DNA of 64,000 bases from Nitrosopumilus sp. (GTDB lineage Archaea; Thermoproteota; Nitrososphaeria; Nitrososphaerales; Nitrosopumilaceae), in assembly GCA_965224195.1 (NCBI GenBank), contig OZ245040.1, positions 640,001 to 704,000 of the forward strand, read 5' to 3'. Position 1 is the first letter of the stretch. Each line of letters starts with the position of its first letter. Made by a program: the position numbers and the translations under genes. Shown in pieces: positions 1-10,371 of this stretch. A model generated the notes under the pieces. The model saw only the letters and a list, made by a program, of their open reading frames with translations, was not told the DNA's origin and did no database searches.

Positions 1-651
1 GAAGTCTAATTTGTCCACAGTGTGTGTGTCCAAACAAATACACGTCTGCAGTTTCTTTGTTAATTTCCAAATTATTTTGATTATGTGCAAATAAAATTTT
101 GAATTCGCTTGAAGTATTTGTAAAAGCTTTATCTGAATCTCTCAATCCTGCCCAGTACGAATCAAGACCAATTACTGTAGAGTCCTTAATTGCAACATTC
201 TCGTTTCTGAGAATTTCTATTGGTCCACTACTTTCAAGATACTCTACTACTGTTTCTGCAAGTTCAAAATTGACGTTATTGCGATCAAGAGAATAGGCAT
301 TGTGATCATGATTCCTAAAACACCGTATACCCCATATTTGGTTTCTAATTTCCCCAATGGCTCAAGTGAAGGCAATTCATGTGCACCTCTATCTATAAAA
401 TCACCTGCAATGATTACTGCATCAAGATCTTTTGGATTTAGTATGTCTACCATACGCTGAACAAATGCAGGATCAGAGTTTTGTCTTTGAAAATCAGAAA
501 TAAAACCGATCTTCATTTTAGTTCGTGTCCGAAATATCCATTTCATTGACTTTGATCATGTTGAGTTCAATTACAAATGCATCCAATCCCAATATTGCAA
601 TAATGCCAATGAGGATACTGATAATGCCTTCTTTTTAGTCAAGAATACCAT
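1..651 (-). pseudogene. Metallophosphoesterase (YkuE/calcineurin-like), multiply frameshifted; 3' end runs off the window
   Basis: Motifs are spread across frames: KIGFISD, IIAGDFID, GVLGNHDH (needs a frameshift near 310) and GHTHCGQI near 10-35. An N-terminal hydrophobic segment follows the ATG at 651. Confidence 0.75.
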
Positions 652-660
652 CTCAGCCCT

Positions 661-2157
661 AGCGGAACTGTACCAACACCAGTACCAACACCAGTACCAA
701 CACCAGTACCAACACCAGTACCAACACCAGTACCAACACCAGTACCAACACCAGTACCAACACCAGTACCAACACCAGTACCAACACCAGTACCAACACC
801 AGTACCAACACCAGTACCAACACCAGTACCAACACCAGTACCAACATACGAACTACAAAATATTAAAACGATAAAGTCTGGTGATTCCATAAGGGTATCC
901 TGGGATGTTCCAACTGACTTTACTGTAAAGTATTACAAAATGTACGTATCAGAAAATGGCGGCTATGCATCATACAAGAGTAAACTATCATCTACTGACA
1001 CATCCTATACCATATCAAATGTACAGGAAGGTAAAAACTACAAGCTAAAGATAAAGATGTACTATGCCAACAACAACAGGGGCAGCACGAGTACAAAATA
1101 TTTTTACTCTGATGTTGTCAATGTGCCAAAGACCACACTTACTGATAGGACACCTCCAGTGATTGTTATGCCAAAGGATATCACGATCAAAAACAACACA
1201 AATTCTGGTGCAACGGTAAATTATTCAGTATCTGCAACAGATAATATTGACGAGTCTGTGACCGTACAATGCTCACAAGCTAGCGGCACTATATTTACAC
1301 AAAGCAATACTACTGTGGCATGTACTGCAACTGATCAGGCTGGAAACATATCATCTGTATCCTTTAACATCATTATAGAGTTCTTCAATGCCATAGGAGA
1401 TGCTATTTTACCTCCTCACATCAATGAGTTTTATGGTGGACAGCCTCATGTCTTTTCAGTTCGGAATGCTACAGGCCATATTGTTTCAGGAATGGGAACC
1501 ATGACGATAGGTGCAACTAATACCACTGGTACCCTTGGTGTAGTTGTTGCTGCACATTCTGTAGCACTTGGACCTGGTGAAACACTAGTTGAGCACACTG
1601 CAGGAGAAAGACTACAATGGTGGGAATCCTTTACTAGGATATCTGACACCACAGGTAGATTCCAATTGGCAGACAGAGTCGATGCTACCTTTATCCCCAT
1701 AACTGAGCCAGATATTGTCATTGGTAGTAGGATACATGCACATGATGGTACAATAATAGATGTATCACAAGGGACTCTAAATGATGTTCAACAACTTGCT
1801 ATATTATCCATATATGGTAATCACACACACGGCCAAGGTTTGTTGCTTTTCAAGAATGCGACCACCCATGATAGGACTACAATCTTTACTCACATGGGGA
1901 TTTCGACATATCCAAGTCAATATGGTGACAGTGGAGCACCAATCATACATATTGCAAATGGCGATGTAAATTTAGTTGGTGTGCATAAAGGTGTTATATG
2001 TGAATTTGATGCAATCTCTGAAGGACAGCCACTCATCGATGTGACAGGTACATCTTGGTGTATTGATGCAACTGATCCACCTGGCAGTCCAGATATACAC
2101 TACTACAAATTATTTAGTGCATGGGAAAACGTCAAGGAATCTCTAAGCATACGATAA
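661..2157 (+). CDS. 5'-truncated surface protein: Pro/Thr linker + FN3-like + HYR domain + trypsin-like (S1) serine protease
   Basis: The frame is open from 625 with no ATG until 940. It contains an FN3-like segment (IRVSWD..Y), a HYR segment (DRTPPVI...SATDNID...ATDQAGN) and protease motifs AAHS / DAT / GDSGAP. Confidence 0.7.
   Translation, partial: SGTVPTPVPTPVPTPVPTPVPTPVPTPVPTPVPTPVPTPVPTPVPTPVPTPVPTPVPTPVPTYELQNIKTIKSGDSIRVSWDVPTDFTVKYYKMYVSENGGYASYKSKLSSTDTSYTISNVQEGKNYKLKIKMYYANNNRGSTSTKYFYSDVVNVPKTTLTDRTPPVIVMPKDITIKNNTNSGATVNYSVSATDNIDESVTVQCSQASGTIFTQSNTTVACTATDQAGNISSVSFNIIIEFFNAIGDAILPPHINEFYGGQPHVFSVRNATGHIVSGMGTMTIGATNTTGTLGVVVAAHSVALGPGETLVEHTAGERLQWWESFTRISDTTGRFQLADRVDATFIPITEPDIVIGSRIHAHDGTIIDVSQGTLNDVQQLAILSIYGNHTHGQGLLLFKNATTHDRTTIFTHMGISTYPSQYGDSGAPIIHIANGDVNLVGVHKGVICEFDAISEGQPLIDVTGTSWCIDATDPPGSPDIHYYKLFSAWENVKESLSIR
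670..846 (+). repeat. 12-bp tandem repeat (GTACCAACACCA)x~14.75 encoding (VPTP)n linker
   Basis: Perfect tandem array, in frame with ORF 940..2157. Confidence 0.97.
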
Positions 2158-2168
2158 CTTTTCTTTTT

Positions 2169-2372
2169 TTATTTTAAAATATCACTCCAAAAATTACTGC
2201 ATTTTAGTTGACCGTGTTCAAGGCATCCTACATCATTAAGTGTAAGAGGAACACAATCTACCACACCTCCTCCCTGATATACACATACCTCAATAAAACC
2301 CAAACTAATAATCGTAACAGCTACAACTGCAACACCAATCAAAGTCAAAATTTTTGAAGACATAAACTTCAT
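2169..2372 (-). CDS. Small membrane-anchored Cys-rich hypothetical protein
   Basis: 67-aa ORF with an N-terminal TM helix and 4 Cys. Confidence 0.5.
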   Translation of the reverse strand: MKFMSSKILTLIGVAVVAVTIISLGFIEVCVYQGGGVVDCVPLTLNDVGCLEHGQLKCSNFWSDILK

Positions 2373-2462
2373 ACAGAAATTATAATGTCTAAGTTATTTA
2401 AAATTTAAAAAAATAACCGCCACCAATTCGACATAATTTTATACTGGAATTTAACTTGTGAA

Positions 2463-3458
2463 ATGATGATAAAACCTGGTCGAGCAGTCAAAGACATTGA
2501 AATTAATTCAGCCACATCCATAGAAGAAATTTTTGAAGAGATGTCTCAATCAGGCGGGTTTGAATCCGTGAATTTGTCATATGGATTAAAAATTCTAACA
2601 GAAATGATCTCAGATGAGGAATGTCTAAAATTTGTGTCGTTTGTGGCAGCTATAGTATCAACTGGGACTAGGGGAATAATCAAGGACATGATCAAAAACA
2701 AATGGTTTGATGTAGTTATGGTAACCTGTGGCTCGCTAGATCATGACATTGCAAGGCATTTCTCACATTACAAGGAAGGTGCATTTACAATGGATGACAT
2801 GGAATTGGCAAATCAAAACATTCACAGATTAGGAAACGTTCTGGTTCCAATGGATAGCTATGGACCTCTAATTGAAGAAAAAATGCAAAAATTTCTAGAA
2901 GAAGAATATCAAAACGGAACCAGAGAAATGACTAGTGCCGATATTTGCAAAATGATTGGAAGACATCTGGGAGAAGACTCGTATCTTTATTGGGCTTACA
3001 AAAATGACATCAAGGTTATAGTTCCAGGAATTGTGGACGGTTCTGTTGGAAGTCAAATTTGGCTCTTTGCACAAAAACATCATGATTTTAAACTAAACTT
3101 GTTAGGCGATGCAGATTTGCTTTCTGGTTTAATCTTCAAAGCCAAAAAATCAGGTGCATTTATGATTGGTGGCGGAATTTCAAAGCATCATACATTATGG
3201 TGGAATCAATACAGGGAAGGATTAGACTATGCATTTTACATTACAACTGCACAAGAGTTTGATGGAAGTCTTAGTGGTGCACTAGTCAAAGAAGCAGTTT
3301 CATGGGGTAAAGTTGCACAAGAGGCAAAACAGGCAACACTTCATGCAGAAGTGACAACCATCATATTGCCATTCATTTATGCAGCACTTGTTTCAAAATG
3401 CCTCAAGCCTCACCCCTCGTCGACAGTTAACACGGAGAATAACCACCCGTCAAGTTAA
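2463..3458 (+). CDS. dys: Deoxyhypusine synthase (C-terminal ~20 aa appear foreign)
   Basis: Motifs STGTRG, HRLGNV, GGGISKHH and DGSLSGALVKEAVSWGK. Confidence 0.93.
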   Translation: MMIKPGRAVKDIEINSATSIEEIFEEMSQSGGFESVNLSYGLKILTEMISDEECLKFVSFVAAIVSTGTRGIIKDMIKNKWFDVVMVTCGSLDHDIARHFSHYKEGAFTMDDMELANQNIHRLGNVLVPMDSYGPLIEEKMQKFLEEEYQNGTREMTSADICKMIGRHLGEDSYLYWAYKNDIKVIVPGIVDGSVGSQIWLFAQKHHDFKLNLLGDADLLSGLIFKAKKSGAFMIGGGISKHHTLWWNQYREGLDYAFYITTAQEFDGSLSGALVKEAVSWGKVAQEAKQATLHAEVTTIILPFIYAALVSKCLKPHPSSTVNTENNHPSS

Positions 3459-3500
3459 CAGAACCGAATATTCTTTTACAAATAGTATACCTTTGTCACT

Positions 3501-3908
3501 CTACTGTGCATCTTCATCTTTTTCATGTTGTAATGAAATTGAATTAATACAATATCTCTGATTTGTAGGCTGTGGACCGTCATCAAATACGTGGCCTAAG
3601 TGTGCTCCACATTTGTTACAATTAACTTCAGTACGAACCATTCCATATGCATTATCTGAAATGTATTCTATCTTTTCTTCTGAAATTGGTTTCCAGAAAC
3701 TTGGCCATCCTGAACCTGAATCAAATTTTGAATCAGATGAGAATAATTCTTCCCCACAACATGTGCATTTGAAGGCCCCTTCTAGTTTGGTGTCATTGTA
3801 TTTTCCAGTAAAAGGTGGTTCTGTTCCATGTTTAATGCAAATTTCATACTGATCTGGAGCTAGCTGATCTTTCCATTTTTCAGGATTTTTCACAATTTTC
3901 TCTGTCAT
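3501..3908 (-). CDS. msrB: Peptide-methionine (R)-S-oxide reductase
   Basis: Motifs GTEPPF, KFDSGSGWPSF, HLGHVFDDGP and RYCINS. Confidence 0.97.
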   Translation of the reverse strand: MTEKIVKNPEKWKDQLAPDQYEICIKHGTEPPFTGKYNDTKLEGAFKCTCCGEELFSSDSKFDSGSGWPSFWKPISEEKIEYISDNAYGMVRTEVNCNKCGAHLGHVFDDGPQPTNQRYCINSISLQHEKDEDAQ

Positions 3909-3944
3909 AATATTTTTTAATTATTCTGATATTAGAATATTTAT

Positions 3945-5564
3945 CTATTTTTTTAATTTCTTTCGCTTCTCTTCTGTTCTTTTTTCAGATTCAAATCTTT
4001 CTAAATCATATTCTTTCATATCTACATACTTCATAATTTTACTGAGATTTGGATGAACTTTGTTAATTTGTTTGAACATATCCTGTGCTACTCTTCTGTA
4101 ATCTACATGTCCTTGTGGAACTGTTCTTAATTCAATCAAATGACATGCCTCTCTTAGATTCATTTTCATGAAATATGGATAGTTATATCCAAAGTTTACA
4201 ACATACTGTCCTTGTTCTGGTAGTTTAGTTCTAATTTTATCAAATGTTTCTTTAGTTTTGTTCATACAGTCTTTGAAATCTTTCTCAATCCCCAAAACTT
4301 TGATTTCATTTGGCATATTATATCCGTGATCTGTTGTTAGTAACTGTCTTTCAAGTGTAAGTGCTCTATGTCTATGAAGGTCTCTAAACATTCCAAAATT
4401 ATTACATAAATCAAATGTATAATAGATATTTTCAAAAGCCCTTGATGGCCTATGACGTCTATTTGTGCGAATCTTTGTAAATTCATTTATGATTTTAATT
4501 TTTTTGCCCTTTGACATTTTTCTAACCTGTTGTTGAATGTCTTGGTATGATGTGCTAGGTGATTGCTCATACATTATACTTGTAATTATTGTATCAATAG
4601 AATTTTTCTCTGATTCATAATACACAAGTTTAGTAACTGCGCCTTTTTTTGGATTTGATTTTATTTCTTTAGCAGTAATTGATTTTGATTTATTTTTTAT
4701 ATCTCTGAGATATTTTTGGAATACATTCCCGTATTTGTCATCAGCTCGTCTCACAAATGATTTGATTGTGGTGTCGAGCTCTTTTTTGATTCTTGAGGCT
4801 AAATCTTGCTCTTCTTCTAGTTCAGATGAGCCTAAAACAGTTAGTAGGTATTCAAGCGCTCTTCCGTTTCCAGTAATTCCAACATTAGTCAAAGTTGATG
4901 CTGGCAATAGTCCTCTGAGAATGTCAAGAGCTTTGGCTTTAGTGGATCCTCTGTAAATCATGTTTGCAGATTTGATATCTGATTCATTTTTTAATTTGGA
5001 AAATAGTTTTTCTTTTCCATCTTTAGAATCTTTAAAACTGTATTTTTCAATTGGGTATTTTTCTCTGACATAGTTTACCATTGGTTCGATGTTTTTTGAA
5101 TAAACATCAAATGAAAAATTACAACTCTCTTCATACATGTCTGCATATCTAGACTTCATAATTTCAGAATCTCGATAAAACCTGTACTTTCCATTTTTTT
5201 TTTTGTTCCATGCAACATATCTTGATGATTTTTCTAAATATGACAACCCTATTCTTCTATCTTCAATTTTTTTCACTGCTATGTTTGATAATCCTTCAAT
5301 TGCAATTTGTGCTTCACCTAATTCTGCAACAGAATCATCACCATACTCTAAGAGAACTCTGTTGTAAAATTCCTCACCTCTCGTTTTGTTTTGTAAAAAC
5401 TCATCAAGGAAAATACGTCTCATACTTTTGTCAGTTCTACTATATCTTGACATCAATGCACCACGATCAACTTGTCGTGGGGTAATTATTGCAAAGACCT
5501 TGCCTTCAGTATTTGAAAAGTGATCTGATAGAATCTTTTTTTCTTTAATTGAGAATTCCGACAA
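3945..5564 (-). CDS. thyX: FAD-dependent thymidylate synthase, tandem-domain Thy1 form
   Basis: Motifs [23 protein letters not shown] and MNLRE...ELRT..QGH; 539 aa. Confidence 0.9.
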   Translation of the reverse strand: MSEFSIKEKKILSDHFSNTEGKVFAIITPRQVDRGALMSRYSRTDKSMRRIFLDEFLQNKTRGEEFYNRVLLEYGDDSVAELGEAQIAIEGLSNIAVKKIEDRRIGLSYLEKSSRYVAWNKKKNGKYRFYRDSEIMKSRYADMYEESCNFSFDVYSKNIEPMVNYVREKYPIEKYSFKDSKDGKEKLFSKLKNESDIKSANMIYRGSTKAKALDILRGLLPASTLTNVGITGNGRALEYLLTVLGSSELEEEQDLASRIKKELDTTIKSFVRRADDKYGNVFQKYLRDIKNKSKSITAKEIKSNPKKGAVTKLVYYESEKNSIDTIITSIMYEQSPSTSYQDIQQQVRKMSKGKKIKIINEFTKIRTNRRHRPSRAFENIYYTFDLCNNFGMFRDLHRHRALTLERQLLTTDHGYNMPNEIKVLGIEKDFKDCMNKTKETFDKIRTKLPEQGQYVVNFGYNYPYFMKMNLREACHLIELRTVPQGHVDYRRVAQDMFKQINKVHPNLSKIMKYVDMKEYDLERFESEKRTEEKRKKLKK

Positions 5565-5596
5565 TACGAATATGCTGTTTCACAATTATTAATAGT

Positions 5597-5890
5597 CTAT
5601 TTCTTTTTTCCAATTTGAATTAGATCGGGTCCTTTTTCTCTATCTTTGTCTTGGCCTTTTGCTTGCCATCTCAACAACACTTGCTTGAATGATTCTGCAT
5701 CTGCTTCATTTTCGGTGTACAGTAATGTTGTTACCCAAAATCCTTTTTTGGCTGTTTTTCCTCCAATTGAATTCATCCAGAAATCATTTGGCAAAGTCTC
5801 CATTGCTTTGTTGTTTGGATCCTTTGTAGTTTCAATCCATCGGCTAGCGACAAAATTCAAAATTTGTTCAAGTTCTTCTTTTTGAATCAT
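5597..5890 (-). CDS. Hypothetical protein
   Basis: 97-aa ORF with ATG and host-like codon usage. Confidence 0.7.
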   Translation of the reverse strand: MIQKEELEQILNFVASRWIETTKDPNNKAMETLPNDFWMNSIGGKTAKKGFWVTTLLYTENEADAESFKQVLLRWQAKGQDKDREKGPDLIQIGKKK

Positions 5891-6023
5891 GAGCCTACTA
5901 ATTTGTCTCTAAATTTTAAAATTACTAAATCTCAGGCGATGAATAGTTAGTGAATTTAATCTTACTAAAACTAAAAACATTTCTTACACTTTGTCGGTTA
6001 TACAAATCTCTAAAGTATCACAC

Positions 6024-6905
6024 ATGACAAACGACGATATCGAAATTATCGGTAAAAATGTCAAAGACATGTACGGAACATTCATGGGTAAAGTCGTAGG
6101 AACAATAACTGACTTTGACGGAAGTATTCAATCCGTCGGAATTGACTGTGGTTCACAAGGATTACAGCAAATCCAATATGAACAACTAGTCGTTCAAGGA
6201 GAAGTTGTTATATTTATTCCAAAATGGAGACTCGACTCACAAAGACTCATTCGTGAAAAACAATTAACTCTACGTCGATTGAAAGCATTGATTGACATAG
6301 TTTCTGAAAATGATGACATGAAAACAGATGCAGAAATCATTCATGAAAAATACAAGTCAAAACTTGTATCATTAGATGAAACAGAACATGAAATCAAAGC
6401 AATACTTGAGGCAAGATTGACAGAGTTAGATGTTCAAATGAAGTCTGCAAAAATGTTATCGTTTGATGCAAAAGTACAATTTAAGAGCAATGAAATCTTT
6501 GATACAACATTTGAGACCGTGAAATCATGCACAACTGAGGTAATTGAGCATGTAACTCACGAAACAGCAGAAATCGCAAATGTAAAGAGTAGAATTGCAG
6601 ACCTTGAATTGGAAGTGCAAGAGATAACAACCCCTCCAACACCAGACATCCAAGAATCCGCCCGTTCATATCTGGAGACAACTGAACAAGAACAACAAGT
6701 AGTTCAGACTATACTTCCAGAAGTACCAATCGAATCAACAATAATACCTTCAGGACCAATTGAAGCATCTAGTACCCCTATACCTGAAGCTTCAACAGAA
6801 TCTGAGGTAACATTTGCATTTCCAGAACCACCCCAACAGGTGACAGCAGATACTTCAAAAGACGACAATGATAACGATTGGCTTGCTAGAATGGAAGCAC
6901 AATAA
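6024..6905 (+). CDS. cdvA: CdvA-like cell division protein
   Basis: N-terminal PRC-barrel-like IGKNVKDMYG...G.V, then a coiled coil and an acidic Pro-rich tail. The ATG at 6024 is in frame with the listed TTG. Confidence 0.8.
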   Translation: MTNDDIEIIGKNVKDMYGTFMGKVVGTITDFDGSIQSVGIDCGSQGLQQIQYEQLVVQGEVVIFIPKWRLDSQRLIREKQLTLRRLKALIDIVSENDDMKTDAEIIHEKYKSKLVSLDETEHEIKAILEARLTELDVQMKSAKMLSFDAKVQFKSNEIFDTTFETVKSCTTEVIEHVTHETAEIANVKSRIADLELEVQEITTPPTPDIQESARSYLETTEQEQQVVQTILPEVPIESTIIPSGPIEASSTPIPEASTESEVTFAFPEPPQQVTADTSKDDNDNDWLARMEAQ

Positions 6906-6949
6906 TTTTTTTTAAATTATTTTTTTAACACTTGGAAAGATCTAACCTC

Positions 6950-7680
6950 ATACATTTTTTGATGCCTGAGATTTTTTATATTGGTCTAGGAAACAATGAT
7001 GATACTTTAAGGAAAAAAAGCAGATACTAATTTTGTGTCCTTTTGGGGTGCTCAGGCAAAGAATTTGTCCTGGTTTTCTACCTGGGAGAAAACACTTGTT
7101 GGAGGCACGATTAATGCTTGGTATGATGCTACAGAGTGCATCAATCATCAAAATCTGACAAATTTGCAATTCTATGGATGATAATGTGTTTGAGACACTG
7201 GCAGAGCATCTTGCAGGACTGGTTGAAAATATTTTATGTGATCCTACATATGATGATGGCTCACCATATTAATTTGGCAGCAAGAAAAATCCGAGATTGA
7301 TTGCCCAATAAAACAATACCCGCATACACCGCTAGAGAGAATCAAACTCGTAGAGTTTTACAACTCTATAATGGGTCAAGAATTGCAAAGACAGAAAAAT
7401 TTCAATTGAACCGCTCTTTGAATATCCCAAAGACACGCTTGATATTGGAATTGTACCTGTAAAAGGACTGTACAACGTGAAATCATTTGCATTGGTTTGT
7501 GTGCATCATCTGATGGTTTATTGCAACTGCATCGCTGGGGCAAAGAATCCAAGAATTGCAAAGAGAATGCCTTGCTGCTAGGAACTGATTCTGGTTTTAT
7601 TTTTGTAAATCATTTTACCCAAGCCTCAGATAGTTGTCAAATTAGAAACAATTCAATGTATTGATTGTGTGATAGAGTTA
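6950..7680 (+). mobile_element. Heavily decayed DDE transposase remnant (IS4/IS5-like)
   Basis: Broken frames contain transposase-like fragments (ILCDPTYDDG; V(K)GLYNVKSFALVC) with many stops. Confidence 0.45.
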
Positions 7681-8086
7681 TCGGAACACAGCTGAGACTC
7701 ACAAACTGCAATGCTGTGAGATGGTCTTTACCCTGTTTTATAATTTTTTGTCCATACCAGAACACAATCTGTCTCTGCATGCCCATCAGAATTAGTCACA
7801 TTGTATTTTTTAAATTCGATAAATCCTTGCACAGGTTCTAAAAACAAGGCATTGGTCATGCCACAACCAGATGGAAAATCAAATGCATTCCAAAAATTTC
7901 TTAACAGGATGCCCGACACATTTCCAAACCGAATGAAAAACATCCAGTTATTTGGAAAATTTGTTACAAATACAAAATAATCGATTAAAGATTTGTGTGT
8001 TTTGGTCTCACTTCCTACTACGAGGCTAAGCTGCAAAATTGAGGTTCAAAACAGTCGCATCAGGTCTTCATCTTTTTACTTTAACT

Positions 8087-8578
8087 TTATGGCTGTTGCG
8101 CCAATAGATCTTCCCATTCATCTTCATCACTTACTTCATCAAGCAGAACTGCTTTGAATAGCTCGCATGTGACAAAATCTTTGTCCTTGTACTTTTCAGT
8201 CATTGTATTGTAAAAATCAATTGCTCTTCTTTCTGCATCAATGACATCATGAATTACTTGCTTTAGGTTACTAGAATCTTTCGGAGGTGCTTTGTAACCG
8301 CCTGCTGCAACTTTAGGAAGACTGGCAAAATCCATTTCTGGCTCTCCTCCTAACCCAATTATTCTGTTGGCAAATTTTTCTGCATGCAAAAGTTCATCTG
8401 CAGACTGTGCAATCAGTCTGGAACTAACTGCATCAGCATTTATTCCCCTAACCCATTGGCCTGCCAGCCAGTATTGAAAATGAGCACACCATTCATCAGC
8501 ATATGCCTTGTTCAAATCAGATATCACTGCATTAATGTCTACTTTTGCAGCTACAATTTCTATTCCTTTTTTACCCAT
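8087..8578 (-). CDS. Ferritin-like / DPS-like (DpsL) protein
   Basis: Di-iron carboxylate motifs AYADEW, DELLHA..A.RI and AERRAI..Y, followed by DEVSDE. Confidence 0.85.
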   Translation of the reverse strand: MGKKGIEIVAAKVDINAVISDLNKAYADEWCAHFQYWLAGQWVRGINADAVSSRLIAQSADELLHAEKFANRIIGLGGEPEMDFASLPKVAAGGYKAPPKDSSNLKQVIHDVIDAERRAIDFYNTMTEKYKDKDFVTCELFKAVLLDEVSDEDEWEDLLAQQP

Positions 8579-8810
8579 TGTATCTTATTACACCATTCTC
8601 TAATTTAAGGATGATTCTTAGAATTGATTTTTCTAGTAAATACTTCATCAAAAAGTGCCCATATCTTCTTCTAACAAAGGAGATATATGCTTGTTTCCCA
8701 ACCCCAAAAACCATTAACACTCTTTGATTAGACAAAAAGTCCTTCTGTTCTTCTATTGCATTGCAGTCATCTTGTTGTACAGGCAAACTTTCATTCTTAG
8801 TTCATGTATA

Positions 8811-8901
8811 ATCAACTCATCTTAAAACTAACCGTTTAGACAAATTATGGTGATCATTAGATCTATGAATAACGATATCGCAGATTGATTCATGCAATTC
8901 A
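8811..8901 (+). repeat. IS5-end-derived dispersed repeat (MITE-like), copy 1
   Basis: High similarity to 61902-61993, and in its first ~55 bp to 19263-19318, which lies directly upstream of an IS5 transposase. Confidence 0.75.
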
Positions 8902-8982
8902 GATTATTGAAGACGCATGAATATGCATATGTAAATATTGTAAGTAAGAAACTTCTTACTTAGTATATGAGTAAGTCTATAC

Positions 8983-10053
8983 TAGATGAGTTGTGCAATT
9001 AGTCCAATTTGAGCATAATCTCAACATTTTCTAATCATAAGATCCAAAGCTAAGACTGAATTATTTTCAATTCATGTTTAATTACGCAAAACTGGCAAAA
9101 AAACCAAAACAATTCCTGTCAATAGCAGGACTAACTGTTCCACAGTTTGATTCCCTATACAAAGAAATAAAGAAAAATTGCAAAACTGCAGAACAAAAGG
9201 GATTGTCCAAAAACAGAGAAAGAGACATTGGTGCAGGACACAAGTGTGACTTGTCCTTCAAAGACAGAATTCTAATGTTTTTCATGTACTACAGAATGTA
9301 CACAACATATGACATGCCAGGGATGACATTTGATTTGGACAAACCAAACGTAATGAGAAACATCAGATGTTTGGAGCCTGCAGTGAAGCAGTCCATTACA
9401 ATTGCTGCCAAAAAATATGCAGATTCAAAAGAGATTAACGGCATGCAGGAATTGCAGGAATTCTTTCCGGAATTAGTTGCAATCACTGATGGCACAGAAC
9501 AGCCCATCCCAAGACCAAAAAACAAAAAGAAAAGAAGGACACGCCATTCAGGCAAAAAGAAAAAGCATGCAGTACAAAATCAAATCGCCATAAATCCTGA
9601 TGGGATAACAATCCACAAATCTGCACATTCGCCTGGCAGCCATCATGATTGCAGAATTTACAAATCAAAGCATCCAACATTATCTGAAGGGTTGCTGCAG
9701 TCTTATGATCCTGGATGTTTGGGGATGGAAAAAGATTTTCCAGAACAGGCAAGTGTTTTGCCATGCAAGAAAAAGAAAGGAAAAAAATTGACTGTTACTC
9801 AAAAGGAGTGGAACAGGATGCAGTCAAAAATTAGAATAAAAGTTGAACATGTCATTGCACAAGTCAAGCAATTTCGGATAAATCGCGATGTGTTTAGAAA
9901 CAAATTATGCAGATATGATGTGATAAGTGAAATTGTTTGTGGGACTGTCAGTTTCAAGATTAAATGAAAAGAAGAATTCATTGCAATTCCATAAAATTAA
10001 GAATTAAATGACAGAAAAGTTAGATTTTTGCTTGTAATTACGCAACTCATCTA
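8983..10053 (+). mobile_element. IS5-family (ISL2-like, DDE_Tnp_4) insertion sequence
   Basis: TIRs TAGATGAGTTGTGCAATTA (8983-9001) and its inverse at 10035-10053 (17/19 match) enclose the transposase. Confidence 0.7.
9074..9967 (+). CDS. Transposase, HTH_Tnp_4 + DDE_Tnp_4 type
   Basis: Motifs DGTEQPIPRPK, SGKKKKHA, GSHHD and RIKVEHVIAQVKQF. Confidence 0.9.
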   Translation: MFNYAKLAKKPKQFLSIAGLTVPQFDSLYKEIKKNCKTAEQKGLSKNRERDIGAGHKCDLSFKDRILMFFMYYRMYTTYDMPGMTFDLDKPNVMRNIRCLEPAVKQSITIAAKKYADSKEINGMQELQEFFPELVAITDGTEQPIPRPKNKKKRRTRHSGKKKKHAVQNQIAINPDGITIHKSAHSPGSHHDCRIYKSKHPTLSEGLLQSYDPGCLGMEKDFPEQASVLPCKKKKGKKLTVTQKEWNRMQSKIRIKVEHVIAQVKQFRINRDVFRNKLCRYDVISEIVCGTVSFKIK

Positions 10054-10327
10054 ATCTATATGCAAAATAATAATAAAATCCAGATGTGATTACAATTGAG
10101 AAATACCATGGAACACCAAAATATCCTAGAATAACTGAAATGATCATATTTATGACTATGATCATGTTGTAGAATTTTATTTTTCCAGCTTTGTAACCAA
10201 GATAAATCATTACAGGCCAAAACAATACTAGAGCAATTATCCATCCTGTAGATAGTTTTCCTGGTTGTTTATTCTCCATGGTGATTTTATGCATATTTTG
10301 TGACCTTAAGTATATTCCACTAAACAC
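10004..10327 (-). CDS. Small membrane protein; C-terminus reads into the IS end
   Basis: Three hydrophobic segments; the last ~16 codons overlap the right TIR region. Confidence 0.6.
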   Translation of the reverse strand: MFSGIYLRSQNMHKITMENKQPGKLSTGWIIALVLFWPVMIYLGYKAGKIKFYNMIIVINMIISVILGYFGVPWYFSIVITSGFYYYFAYRLDELRNYKQKSNFSVI

Positions 10328-10371
10328 CTTGCGCTTAATTTTGGAGTAGTATACTTTATGATCTCTATGAT

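Noticed and set aside
639-890. Minus-strand ORFs (GTGV)n and (VL)n
   Set aside because: Shadow frames of the 12-bp tandem repeat; the + strand VPTP frame is continuous with the FN3/HYR domains.
660-1300. Near-identical pair with 36027-36521 as a DGR template/variable region
   Set aside because: There is no reverse transcriptase in the window, the homology is too long, and the differences are not adenine-specific.
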